From positions 1 to 30,694 of IMG/VR virus record IMGVR_UViG_3300012953_000130: 30,694 nucleotides of DNA, one strand, 5' to 3'. This document shows, piece by piece, positions 17,940-26,659 of this stretch; the first letter of the stretch is position 1, and the number at the start of each line of letters is the position of its first letter. Made by a program: the position numbers and the translations under genes. The DNA comes from a virus. Taxonomy: Duplodnaviria; Caudoviricetes. Below the pieces are notes generated by a model. The model did no database searches. It was given only the letters and a program-made list of their open reading frames with translations, and was not told the DNA's origin.

Positions 17940-18176
17940 ATGAAAAATATCTTAAGAAAATACATTAAAGAATCTTTAAGAGAGTTTTTAGCCAGCAATG
18001 GTCATTTAAAAAATTGCGAATCCTTTATTCAATCTGAAATATCAACATTGTCAGGTATATCAATCACCGGCCACACGTCATCTTTTGATAAAAAAGATTT
18101 AGAAGACGATTTAGAAAAAAAGAAAAAAGATGACCTTACTGCAAAGTCGTTCGGCGGTGGATCTTATTCGGAGTAA
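17940..18176 (+). CDS. Hypothetical protein (78 aa)
   Basis: RBS GAGGT; preceded by ATATTTA motif; N-terminal LRKYIKESLRE helix. Confidence 0.7.
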   Translation: MKNILRKYIKESLREFLASNGHLKNCESFIQSEISTLSGISITGHTSSFDKKDLEDDLEKKKKDDLTAKSFGGGSYSE

Positions 18177-18179
18177 AGC

Positions 18180-18440
18180 TTGAGCCTTAAGGATATAAAA
18201 GAAGGGTGGCTTAACTATATTAAAAGCCTAATCTCCAAAAAAACTTTAGATCCTGAGTTTTCAAAAGTGGTTTCCGAAAGGGCAAGCATTTGTACTACCT
18301 GTCCTTATCTTGTTATGACACGATTAACCAAAGATGCCGTATACGGAAAATGCAAAAAGTGTGGATGTATATACCCAGCTATGATTTTTGCTGCTGGAAA
18401 AAAATGCCCAATTGGTAAATGGGGTAACTATGAATCTTAA
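18180..18440 (+). CDS. Small Cys-rich putative metal-binding protein, paralog 1
   Basis: R-x2-ICTTCP...CKKCGC...CPIGKW. TTG start with GGAG upstream. Confidence 0.75.
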   Translation: MSLKDIKEGWLNYIKSLISKKTLDPEFSKVVSERASICTTCPYLVMTRLTKDAVYGKCKKCGCIYPAMIFAAGKKCPIGKWGNYES

Positions 18441-18681
18441 GGATATAAAAGATGGTTGGACAAACTTATTTAAAGACTATCTAAACATTTCTTCTCCGCC
18501 ACCTGAACTTAGAAAAAAAATAGATGAAAGATCACAAATTTGTAAAAAATGTCCTGAGCTTAAGCATACCATTGTTCCAAAATCTATTTCTCCTCTTCGG
18601 TTTAAGTGTGCAAAGTGCAGTTGTTTTTTTCCTGCTGTAGTCTTTGCACCTGAGCATAAATGCCCACTAGGAAAGTGGTAA
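18430..18681 (+). CDS. Small Cys-rich putative metal-binding protein, paralog 2
   Basis: MNLKDIKDGW...RSQICKKCP...CAKCSC...CPLGKW. Start 18430 chosen by alignment with paralog 1 and a GGGG SD. Confidence 0.75.
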   Translation: MNLKDIKDGWTNLFKDYLNISSPPPELRKKIDERSQICKKCPELKHTIVPKSISPLRFKCAKCSCFFPAVVFAPEHKCPLGKW

Positions 18682-18686
18682 TATTT

Positions 18687-18715
18687 TTGTACATTACATG
18701 CTAATATAGTATTCT
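18687..18715 (+). promoter_or_regulatory. Candidate sigma70-like promoter for the SSB gene
   Basis: TTGTAC-N17-TATTCT. Shares TTGWACATTACATG with the recA upstream region. Confidence 0.55.
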
Positions 18716-18783
18716 TGTTATGTGGATAACCCACATATAAAACAGTTGAACTTTAAACAGTTCGGAAATTAGGAGTTAAAAAA

Positions 18784-19620
18784 ATGGCAATTGATTTTGA
18801 TGCAATTAGAAAAAAGTTAGGCCAGCTATCTGGTACTAATAGCCGCCGCAATGTAATGTGGCGCCCCGAGGAAGGTGAAGAGCATACCGTTCGCCTCCTG
18901 TCATTTAAGGATAATGACGGCCAACCATTTAAGGAACGATGGTTCTATTATAATATTGGTAATAACCCAGGCCTTTTGGCGCCAAAACAGTTTGGTAAGC
19001 CAGATCCAATCCAGGATCTTATTAATACCTTGCGTGAGGATGGTTCAAAGGAATCTTACGAGCTAGCAAAAAAGCTTTATCCAAAAATGCGTTGCTATGC
19101 CCCCGTAGTTGTCCGTGGCGAAGAGGATAAGGGTGTACGTCTCTGGTCATTTGGAAAGACCGTGTACCAGTCACTTCTTAATATTATGCTTGATGAGGAT
19201 TATGGTGATATCACATGCCCTTCGGAAGGTCGAGATGTTAAGGTAGTTTGTACAAAGCCGCCTGGCCGTATGTGGGCAACCACTACTGTGCGCCCTCGAG
19301 GTAAGGCATCTGAGCTTTCATCTGATGCCGGCCAAATTAAGGAATGGGCTGATAACGTTCCTGATCTAGATCAGCTTTACACTTTGAAGCCAGCCGATGA
19401 GCTGGAAAAGATTGTAAATGACTGGCTAAATGGAGAAGACGCAGATAGCGACGGCACTACCCGTAATGCAACTAGCAACTTTACTAATAGTAATACTACT
19501 GCATCTACTACAACCACCACTGCTTCTACTACAAGCGATGAGGTTGAGGTTGCTGAGGCTCCGACAACTACAAAGTATCGTAGCCTAGATGACGCGTTTG
19601 CAGATCTTGAAGATATGTAA
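18784..19620 (+). CDS. Single-stranded DNA-binding protein (T4 gp32-like)
   Basis: MAIDFDAIRKKL, WRPEEG...VRLL, PFKERWFYY, VVVRGEEDKGVRLWSFGKTVY, DYGDIT...GRD, and acidic tail LDDAFADLEDM. Confidence 0.85.
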   Translation: MAIDFDAIRKKLGQLSGTNSRRNVMWRPEEGEEHTVRLLSFKDNDGQPFKERWFYYNIGNNPGLLAPKQFGKPDPIQDLINTLREDGSKESYELAKKLYPKMRCYAPVVVRGEEDKGVRLWSFGKTVYQSLLNIMLDEDYGDITCPSEGRDVKVVCTKPPGRMWATTTVRPRGKASELSSDAGQIKEWADNVPDLDQLYTLKPADELEKIVNDWLNGEDADSDGTTRNATSNFTNSNTTASTTTTTASTTSDEVEVAEAPTTTKYRSLDDAFADLEDM

Positions 19621-19641
19621 TCCTATCTAGGTTCGTCTTTT

Positions 19642-19670
19642 AACGGCAGGTTTATCCTGCCGTTTTTTTT
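19642..19670 (+). terminator. Intrinsic terminator after the SSB gene
   Basis: Perfect hairpin AACGGCAGG-tttat-CCTGCCGTT ending in a T8 tract. Confidence 0.92.
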
Positions 19671-19690
19671 GTTATCCTCTCGAATTTACC

Positions 19691-19719
19691 TTGAACATTA
19701 CATGTATAATCGTTAATAT
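19691..19719 (+). promoter_or_regulatory. Candidate sigma70-like promoter for the recA operon
   Basis: TTGAAC-N17-TAATAT, plus an internal TATAAT at 19705-19710, immediately after a terminator. Confidence 0.55.
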
Positions 19720-19744
19720 TCTAGTATCTACAAAAGGACAAGGT

Positions 19745-20938
19745 ATGGCTAAGAAAACTAAAAAGAATCCCGCTCAAGATGATTTTACAAATGATCTAAT
19801 CCAGTCTTTAAACAAGGAGCATGGAACAAAGGTTGCATATAATTTAGCATATGATGTTTCACCTACGCATGTTAAGAGATGGATATCCACAGGTTGTAAG
19901 CAGCTTGATTATATTGTTTCAAATCGAGAAAATGGAGGAATGCCAGAAGGTAGAATTATTGAAATCTTTGGGCCTCCTTCAATTGGTAAGTCACACCTTG
20001 CCATCCAAATAGCAAGATCCACCCAGCAAATGGGAGGTATTGTTGTATACATTGATACTGAAAATGCAACATCAGTAGAAAACTTAGGCTTGTTAGGCGT
20101 AGATATTAATAAGCGGTTTGTGTATGTTGATACGCACTGTACTGAAGAAGTTTTGTCTATTGCAGAGTCAACAATTATGAAGGCCAAAGCAATGGATAAG
20201 GATGTCCCAATTACGATTATATGGGATTCTGTTGCTGCAACTTCGCCTAAGGCTGAGCTTGTAGGCGATTATGATAAGGACAGCATTGGTTTACAAGCCC
20301 GGGCTATCTCCAAAGGTATGAGAAAAATTACTGGTGTTATTGCCAATCAAAACGTTTTGTTCGTAATACTTAACCAGATTCGAACTAAAATTGGAGTTAT
20401 GTATGGAGATCCTACTACTACACCCGGGGGTAAGGCAATCCCTTTTCACTCATCTGTACGAATCAAGCTGGGGGCCGGACAACGAATTGAAAACAAAGAC
20501 AAAGAAGTTGTCGGTATTCACGTCTCTGCAAAGACGATTAAAAATAAAGTAGCGCCTCCTTTTCGTACCGCTAACTTTGAAATACACTTTGGCAAAGGTA
20601 TTCGTGAGCATGAGCAAGTTTTTGATTTGCTTAGAAAGCATGGCGCTGAAGTTGTTGATGGAAATGAAATTGTTGTCTCCGGAACAGGTGCCTGGAAAAC
20701 CTTAATGGTTTCTAGCGCAAAAACCGGAGAAGTAATCGTCGAAAAGAAATTTTATAAACAGGATTTTGGAGAAGTTATGTATTCTCCAGAGTATGGTCCT
20801 TATGTTGATTCTCTCTTAAAGGCATGTATGGTAAAAGAGTATTCTCCTCAAAACATGGAAGTTGATGCTGAGTCTTATGAAGAGATTAGGTCCATCGCCA
20901 TGGAGATTGAAGAAGATTTGCTGGTACCTGGAGAGTAG
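19745..20938 (+). CDS. recA: RecA/UvsX-family recombinase
   Basis: GGMPEGRIIEIFGPPSIGKS Walker A, YIDTENA, IWDSVAA, GLQARAIS, NQIRTKIGVMYGDPTTTPGGKA, KNKVAPPFR. Start ATG 19745 after AAGGACAAGGT. Confidence 0.96.
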   Translation: MAKKTKKNPAQDDFTNDLIQSLNKEHGTKVAYNLAYDVSPTHVKRWISTGCKQLDYIVSNRENGGMPEGRIIEIFGPPSIGKSHLAIQIARSTQQMGGIVVYIDTENATSVENLGLLGVDINKRFVYVDTHCTEEVLSIAESTIMKAKAMDKDVPITIIWDSVAATSPKAELVGDYDKDSIGLQARAISKGMRKITGVIANQNVLFVILNQIRTKIGVMYGDPTTTPGGKAIPFHSSVRIKLGAGQRIENKDKEVVGIHVSAKTIKNKVAPPFRTANFEIHFGKGIREHEQVFDLLRKHGAEVVDGNEIVVSGTGAWKTLMVSSAKTGEVIVEKKFYKQDFGEVMYSPEYGPYVDSLLKACMVKEYSPQNMEVDAESYEEIRSIAMEIEEDLLVPGE

Positions 20939-20939
20939 T

Positions 20940-21917
20940 ATGCAATCTTCCACTCGGCCTGTTATTCTGGTTGATGCTTACAATTTATTTACTAGACACT
21001 TCATAGCAAATCCGGCCATGTCAAAAAATGGAGATCATGTCGGTGGAACGTTAGGCTTCTTAAAGTCTTTGGCAACATTGTCTGATTATTTAAAGCCTTC
21101 AGAGATGTATGTGGTTTGGGAAGGTGGCGGTTCTACAAGGCGAAGGGCAATTTATAAGGACTATAAAAAGCAAAAACGTCCACAAAAGCTTAATCGATTT
21201 TATGGTGATGATATTCCTGACACGATGGAAAACCGCAGCCGACAGGTCTCATTAACGATCGAGCTTTTAAAAACAGTTCCAGTTCGCCAAGTTTATGTCT
21301 CAGATTGTGAAGCTGATGACATTATTGCATATTTAGCAAAATATAAATTTTCTAAAAAGAGATGTGTAATAGTTTCTTCTGATAAAGACTATTACCAGCT
21401 TCTATCAAGTAGGATCATCCAATGGTCCCCAGGCCAAAAAGATTTTGTTACAATGAAAGATGTATCAAAAAAGTTCGGCATGTTTCCAGAAAATTTTTTA
21501 GTTGCTAGATGTTTTTGTGGTGATGGTTCTGACTCATTACCTGGAATCAAGGGGGCAGGGTTTAAAACGCTTTTAAAGAGATTTCCAGAGCTGGCTGACC
21601 CTGAGTTTATCTCTGTCGACGAGATTTTAAAGTTTAGTATAGATAGAGGCTCAACTAAAGCAGGCCAAAAAATTAAACTATTTCAAAATATTAATGAAAA
21701 TCCACATGTACCTTTAAGGAACTGGAAGCTTATGCATTTAGGCACAAATAACCTTGCTGCTAGCCAAATTCAAAAAGTTGAAGGTATTGTTGATACTTTT
21801 GAGAACAGTGGTAATAAAATAAAGTTAATGAGGACGCTAATGCGTGAGGGTCTTTCAACCTTTGATGCTGATTCGTTTTTTATGTCGTTAAGTTCAAATT
21901 TAAGATCAGGAATCTAA
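20940..21917 (+). CDS. 5'-3' exonuclease / flap endonuclease (T4 RNase H / Pol I N-terminal-like)
   Basis: LVDAYNL, YK, EADDIIA, IVSSDKDYYQL, GDGSDSLPGIKGAGFKT (H3TH). Start ATG 20940 directly after the recA stop. Confidence 0.92.
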   Translation: MQSSTRPVILVDAYNLFTRHFIANPAMSKNGDHVGGTLGFLKSLATLSDYLKPSEMYVVWEGGGSTRRRAIYKDYKKQKRPQKLNRFYGDDIPDTMENRSRQVSLTIELLKTVPVRQVYVSDCEADDIIAYLAKYKFSKKRCVIVSSDKDYYQLLSSRIIQWSPGQKDFVTMKDVSKKFGMFPENFLVARCFCGDGSDSLPGIKGAGFKTLLKRFPELADPEFISVDEILKFSIDRGSTKAGQKIKLFQNINENPHVPLRNWKLMHLGTNNLAASQIQKVEGIVDTFENSGNKIKLMRTLMREGLSTFDADSFFMSLSSNLRSGI

Positions 21918-21918
21918 T

Positions 21919-23316
21919 ATGAGTAATACAGTACTTCAGGTAGCAACTGGCAATCACGCCCACTTTGGGCAATATGGAAAACAGTTTCAAGAAAAGATCT
22001 TTCAAAGTCTTTTGTCTGATCATGCATGGGCAGCTCAAATGATTGAAGTAATGAGCCCCAGCTTTTTTGATCTTAAATACCTAAACTATCTAACTGAAAA
22101 GTATTTTTCTTACCACGTAAAATATAAGACATTTCCAACTATGTCTTTGCTAATCACTATTATCAAAGATGATTTATCACAAGGAAATGATGTTATTTTA
22201 AGGGATCAAATTGTAGAGTACCTACACCGAATTAAGCACAATCCGGACATGGGTGATCTCCAATACGTAAAGGATAAGTCATTAGATTTTTGCAAGCGTC
22301 AAGCATTTAAAGAAGCGCTAGAACAAGCTGTAGATTTAATTTCTACTGATAAGTTTGAAAGCGTCGTAACTTTGATGAAAGAGGCGGTTGCAGTTGGGAT
22401 GCCTTCCTCAACAGGCCACGATTTCTTTGAGGATGCAGACGCTAGGTTTGTTAAGCATTCGCGCCGAGTTTGTCCAACTGGTTTAGATAGATTAGATGCC
22501 ACCGACATTTTACAAGGTGGCCTGGGCAGAGGAGAAATTGGTGTAATCACCGCAAATACAGGCGTAGGAAAAAGTCATTTTCTTGTGCAGCTTGGTGCTA
22601 ATGCTATGAAGGCTGGCAAAAATGTCGTGCACTATACATTTGAGCTTACCGAACATGCCGTAGGGCTAAGGTATGATTCAAATATTTGTGGTATTGCTAG
22701 TAATGACGTTTGTGATAACAAGGTAGATGTCTTAAAGAAGTATGAAAATAATGATTTAGGAAGACTAATTATTAAAGAATACCCAACAGGCACTGCATCA
22801 ATTATCACTATTAGAAATCATATTGAAAAACTTTTGCTAAAAGGTTTTCAGCCGGACGTTATTATTATTGATTACGCTGATATTATGCGGTCAACGCGTA
22901 GTTACGACTCATTAAGACATGAGTTAAAGTTAATTTATGAAGAGCTTAGAAATATGGCTATGGATATGAATATTCCAATCTGGACTGCATCACAAGCAAA
23001 CAGGGATTCAGCAAACTCTGATGTTGTTGGTTTGGAAAACATGTCTGAAGCATATGGTAAGGCAATGGTTGCTGACGTTGTACTTTCTATCTCTAGAAAA
23101 GCCATGGAAAAGTCCACCGGTGGCGGTCGTCTCTTCATTGCAAAAAACAGAGCTGGCAGGGATGGTTTGCTTTTCCCTATTCACATCGACACATCGATGT
23201 CTATAATTGAAATACTTGATGAGTCTTCTTTGACTTTAAACGAGGCTGCAGAGCAAGATGAAAATGCTATGAAGGATTTGTTAAAAAAGAAGTGGAATGA
23301 AGTTAATAAATTTTGA
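21919..23316 (+). CDS. dnaB: DnaB-like replicative helicase (T4 gp41-like)
   Basis: PTGLDRLD, GGLGRGE, ANTGVGKS Walker A, YTFEL, IIKEYPT, IIIDYAD, WTASQANR, KNRAG. Confidence 0.93.
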   Translation: MSNTVLQVATGNHAHFGQYGKQFQEKIFQSLLSDHAWAAQMIEVMSPSFFDLKYLNYLTEKYFSYHVKYKTFPTMSLLITIIKDDLSQGNDVILRDQIVEYLHRIKHNPDMGDLQYVKDKSLDFCKRQAFKEALEQAVDLISTDKFESVVTLMKEAVAVGMPSSTGHDFFEDADARFVKHSRRVCPTGLDRLDATDILQGGLGRGEIGVITANTGVGKSHFLVQLGANAMKAGKNVVHYTFELTEHAVGLRYDSNICGIASNDVCDNKVDVLKKYENNDLGRLIIKEYPTGTASIITIRNHIEKLLLKGFQPDVIIIDYADIMRSTRSYDSLRHELKLIYEELRNMAMDMNIPIWTASQANRDSANSDVVGLENMSEAYGKAMVADVVLSISRKAMEKSTGGGRLFIAKNRAGRDGLLFPIHIDTSMSIIEILDESSLTLNEAAEQDENAMKDLLKKKWNEVNKF

Positions 23317-23325
23317 GGAATAAGA

Positions 23326-25785
23326 ATGATAAAGTTTGATGAGGCATTTAAGGCATCTCTTGAGTACTTTCAAGGTGATGATTTGGCGGCTAACGTTTTT
23401 GTATCAAAGTACGCTCTAATTGACAAGGAAGGAAATTTACACGAAAAATCTCCTGATGATATGCATAAGAGACTAGCTGCAGAGTTTAGTAGGGTGGAAA
23501 GCAAGTACCCTAATCCTATTCCTGAAGAAGAAATATATGAATTATTTAGGGACTTTAAATACATTGTCCCACAAGGTTCCCCCATGTCTGGCATTGGAAA
23601 TCCATACCAAGTCCAGTCTATCTCTAACTGCTTTGTTATCGAGTCTCCTCACGATTCATATGGAGGTATTCTTAAAGCAGATCAGGAGCTGGTTCAAATT
23701 GCCAAAAGAAGAGGAGGGGTAGGATTTGATATTTCTACTATCCGGCCGAAAGGTAGAGCCACAGGGAACTGTGCCAGAACCACAGACGGAATTGAAGTCT
23801 TTATGGAGAGATTTTCAAATTCATGTCGAGAGGTAGCACAAAATGGACGACGTGGTGCCTTGATGTTAACCATCTCAGTGCACCACCCACAGGTTCTTGA
23901 CTTTATTAAAATTAAAAGAGATCTTACAAAGGTAACAGGCGCCAATATTTCAGTCCGTTTATCAGACGAGTTTTTGGATTGTGTTAAGTCAGGCAAAGAA
24001 TATCAACAGCGTTGGCCTGTTGATTCTAGCGATCCTGACGTTTCTTATATGGTTAATGCACAAGAAGTTTGGGATGAAATCATCTCATCAGCTCATGCTT
24101 GTGCCGAGCCTGGTCTTTTGTTTTGGGATACTGCAAAGTCACAAACACCGGCTGACATATATCATGAAAATGGGTTTGGCTCAACATCCACTAATCCATG
24201 TGGGGAAATTATTCTTAGCCCATATGATAGTTGCAGATTAATGCTTTTAAACCTGTCTTCTTTTGTTAACAATCCATATACTGAAAATGCAAGTTTTGAT
24301 TTTGAAAAATTAGCTGATATTACACAAAAAGCTCAGCGGCTAATGGATGATATGATTGATCTTGAAATTGAGCAGGTAGAAAAAATTCTTGCCAAGATTA
24401 ATAATGATCCGGAACCTGAGGAGGTTAAGGCAATTGAAAGAAATCTATGGACAAAAATTAAAGAGCAGGCTTTAAAAGGTCGCCGCACCGGCTTAGGGGT
24501 AACTGCAGTTGGTGATGCTTTGGCAGCCTTAGGGATTATCTACGGCTCTGATGAGTCAGTAGGTGTTGTTGAAGAATTTTATAAAACCTTAACTGTTAAT
24601 GCATATCGTTCCTCATGCATTATGGCAAAAGAGCGCGGCGCATTTCCAATTCATGATCACGAAAAAGAAAAGGATCATGAGTTTTTAACAAGAATTTGGG
24701 AAGAGGCTCCTGACATATACGGTATGAATAAGGAAACCGGCCGGCGAAACGTTGCCTTGACGACAACTGCACCAGCTGGTTCTGTTTCAACACTCACACA
24801 AACAACATCAGGTATCGAGCCGGCGTTTATGTTAAAGTATACTCGGCGCAAAAAGTTAACCCCTAATGATGTTAATGCTAGGGTTGATTTTGTTGATGAC
24901 TCTGGTGATCGTTGGCAAGAGTATCCGGTTTATCATCATGGATTTAAGCGCTGGATGGACGTCACAGGTTTAACTGAAATTGAAGACTCGCCGTATAATC
25001 TTAGCACTGCCGGCGAAATTGACTGGGTACAAAAGGTTAAAATGCAGGCCGCAGCCCAGCGATGGATTTGCCATGCAATTTCAAATACTACCAATATTCC
25101 AAATGAAACAACTGTGGAATCAGTAAAAGATATTTATATGTCCGGTTGGGAATCAAAGTGCAAAGGTGTTACCGTCTATAGGGACGGATCCAGGACAGGT
25201 GTATTGGTTTCTGAGGCGCAAAAGGATGACAATAGGTTTACCACCCACGATGCTCCAAAGCGTCCTCCAGAGGTTGATTGCTCTATCCATAATGCAAACA
25301 TTAAAGGCGAAGCATGGACTATCCTGGTCGGAACAATGGATGGCCGGCCTTATGAGGTTATTGGTGGTCTCTCTAAGTTTGTTGAGATTCCTAAAAAGTA
25401 TAAGCAAGGAAAAATTGTAAAGCATCCAAGAAAAACAAAAAACAGTATTTATGATTTGCATTTTGGAGAAAACGGCGATGAAGTAATTTTACGAGACGTT
25501 GTTTCATTATTTGATAACCCAAACCATTCAGCATTTACCAGGACTATCTCTTTGGCATTACGCCATGGTGCACCTCTTCACTATATTGTAGAGCAACTTC
25601 AAAAAGATAAGGATGCTGACTTATTTAGTTTTTCAAAAGTAATTGCTAGGGTTTTAAAGACCTACATCGTCGACGGCACCCGTGCTGGTAAGACAGTTTG
25701 TGATAACTGTGGTGCAGAAGATACTCTCGTGTACCAAGAAGGTTGCGTGATATGTACATCATGTGGCTCAAGTAAATGTAGTTAA
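23326..25785 (+). CDS. nrdJ: Adenosylcobalamin-dependent (class II) ribonucleotide reductase
   Basis: SNCFV, RRGGVG, NGRRGALM, ANISV, EPG, TNPCGEI catalytic loop, APAGSVS, SGIEP, KGVTVYRDGSR and C-terminal Cys ribbon (CDNC...EGCVICTSCGSSKC). No adjacent beta subunit. Confidence 0.92.
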   Translation: MIKFDEAFKASLEYFQGDDLAANVFVSKYALIDKEGNLHEKSPDDMHKRLAAEFSRVESKYPNPIPEEEIYELFRDFKYIVPQGSPMSGIGNPYQVQSISNCFVIESPHDSYGGILKADQELVQIAKRRGGVGFDISTIRPKGRATGNCARTTDGIEVFMERFSNSCREVAQNGRRGALMLTISVHHPQVLDFIKIKRDLTKVTGANISVRLSDEFLDCVKSGKEYQQRWPVDSSDPDVSYMVNAQEVWDEIISSAHACAEPGLLFWDTAKSQTPADIYHENGFGSTSTNPCGEIILSPYDSCRLMLLNLSSFVNNPYTENASFDFEKLADITQKAQRLMDDMIDLEIEQVEKILAKINNDPEPEEVKAIERNLWTKIKEQALKGRRTGLGVTAVGDALAALGIIYGSDESVGVVEEFYKTLTVNAYRSSCIMAKERGAFPIHDHEKEKDHEFLTRIWEEAPDIYGMNKETGRRNVALTTTAPAGSVSTLTQTTSGIEPAFMLKYTRRKKLTPNDVNARVDFVDDSGDRWQEYPVYHHGFKRWMDVTGLTEIEDSPYNLSTAGEIDWVQKVKMQAAAQRWICHAISNTTNIPNETTVESVKDIYMSGWESKCKGVTVYRDGSRTGVLVSEAQKDDNRFTTHDAPKRPPEVDCSIHNANIKGEAWTILVGTMDGRPYEVIGGLSKFVEIPKKYKQGKIVKHPRKTKNSIYDLHFGENGDEVILRDVVSLFDNPNHSAFTRTISLALRHGAPLHYIVEQLQKDKDADLFSFSKVIARVLKTYIVDGTRAGKTVCDNCGAEDTLVYQEGCVICTSCGSSKCS

Positions 25786-25798
25786 CAAAGGAAAAAAA

Positions 25799-26401
25799 AT
25801 GAAGTGGACATCTACTATATCTCCTCTAATCAAAGAAATTGAGCTTAGAAAGCAGCCGGTTATTATTCGAGTAAATAAATTTGATGAAGACTCTGCAAAT
25901 AAGTTTCAACTAGAAATAGCCCAGGCTCATAATACTGGGCAAAAGGTAATTCCTGTCATTATTGATTCTTATGGCGGCCAGGTTTATAGCCTTATGACGA
26001 TGATCAGCGCAATCAAACATGCTGAAATACCAGTAGCAACTATAGTTGAAGGAAAGGCCATGTCATGTGGCGCAGTACTATTAACTTTTGGTGAAGAAGG
26101 AATGCGTTTTGCTGATCCTGATGCAACAGTTATGATTCACGATGTTAGCAGCGTAAACCATGGGAAGATTGAAGAGCTTAAATCATCCACAGAAGAGGCC
26201 GGCCGTTTAGATGACAAGATCTTTACAATGATGGCACGTAACTGTGGTAAAAAAGATGACTTTTTCAAAAAGAAGGTTTTTAATAAAAAGCACGCTGACT
26301 GGTTTTTAGACGCTCAAGAAGCAAAAAAGTATGGAATCGTAAACCACCTAAGAGTTCCAAAAATTAATATCAATGTCTCTGTCGATATTGACTTTGAGTA
26401 A
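25799..26401 (+). CDS. clpP: ClpP-like serine protease
   Basis: IDSYGGQV, GKAMSCG (catalytic Ser), VMIHD (His), DWFLDAQEAKKYGIVN (Asp). Start ATG 25799 after AAGGA. Confidence 0.9.
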   Translation: MKWTSTISPLIKEIELRKQPVIIRVNKFDEDSANKFQLEIAQAHNTGQKVIPVIIDSYGGQVYSLMTMISAIKHAEIPVATIVEGKAMSCGAVLLTFGEEGMRFADPDATVMIHDVSSVNHGKIEELKSSTEEAGRLDDKIFTMMARNCGKKDDFFKKKVFNKKHADWFLDAQEAKKYGIVNHLRVPKININVSVDIDFE

Positions 26402-26404
26402 CCA

Positions 26405-26659
26405 ATGTTTGATAATGCCAGCAGAAAGGACCTACTTGAAATATTAGCTGATCTTGAACATCGCCAGTGGGCTCATTGGACTAGATACATGTTAGATAAT
26501 TATACTCCTGAAAATGTTGAAAGATGGCGGCGCCAGGTTCAAACAGAGTATACAGATTTATCTGAACCTGAGAAGGACAGCGACAGAACATGGGCATCCA
26601 CAGTGCTTTTTCATATTGATGAATATGAAAGAGAAAAAAAGCGAGGAAAAAATGGATAA
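26405..26659 (+). CDS. Small RyR-domain-like protein
   Basis: LADLEHRQWAHW...YTDLSEPEKDSDR matches the LA-x-x-H-x-x-W...Y-x-x-L-x-E-x-EK-x-x-DR pattern of RyR repeats. Confidence 0.55.
   Translation: MFDNASRKDLLEILADLEHRQWAHWTRYMLDNYTPENVERWRRQVQTEYTDLSEPEKDSDRTWASTVLFHIDEYEREKKRGKNG

Noticed and set aside
19691-19744. ORF-track N-terminal extensions (recA from 19691; also 16998, 18388, 20862, 25763, 26514)
   Set aside because: They overlap promoters or upstream genes. Downstream ATGs have proper RBSs and fit the family N-termini.
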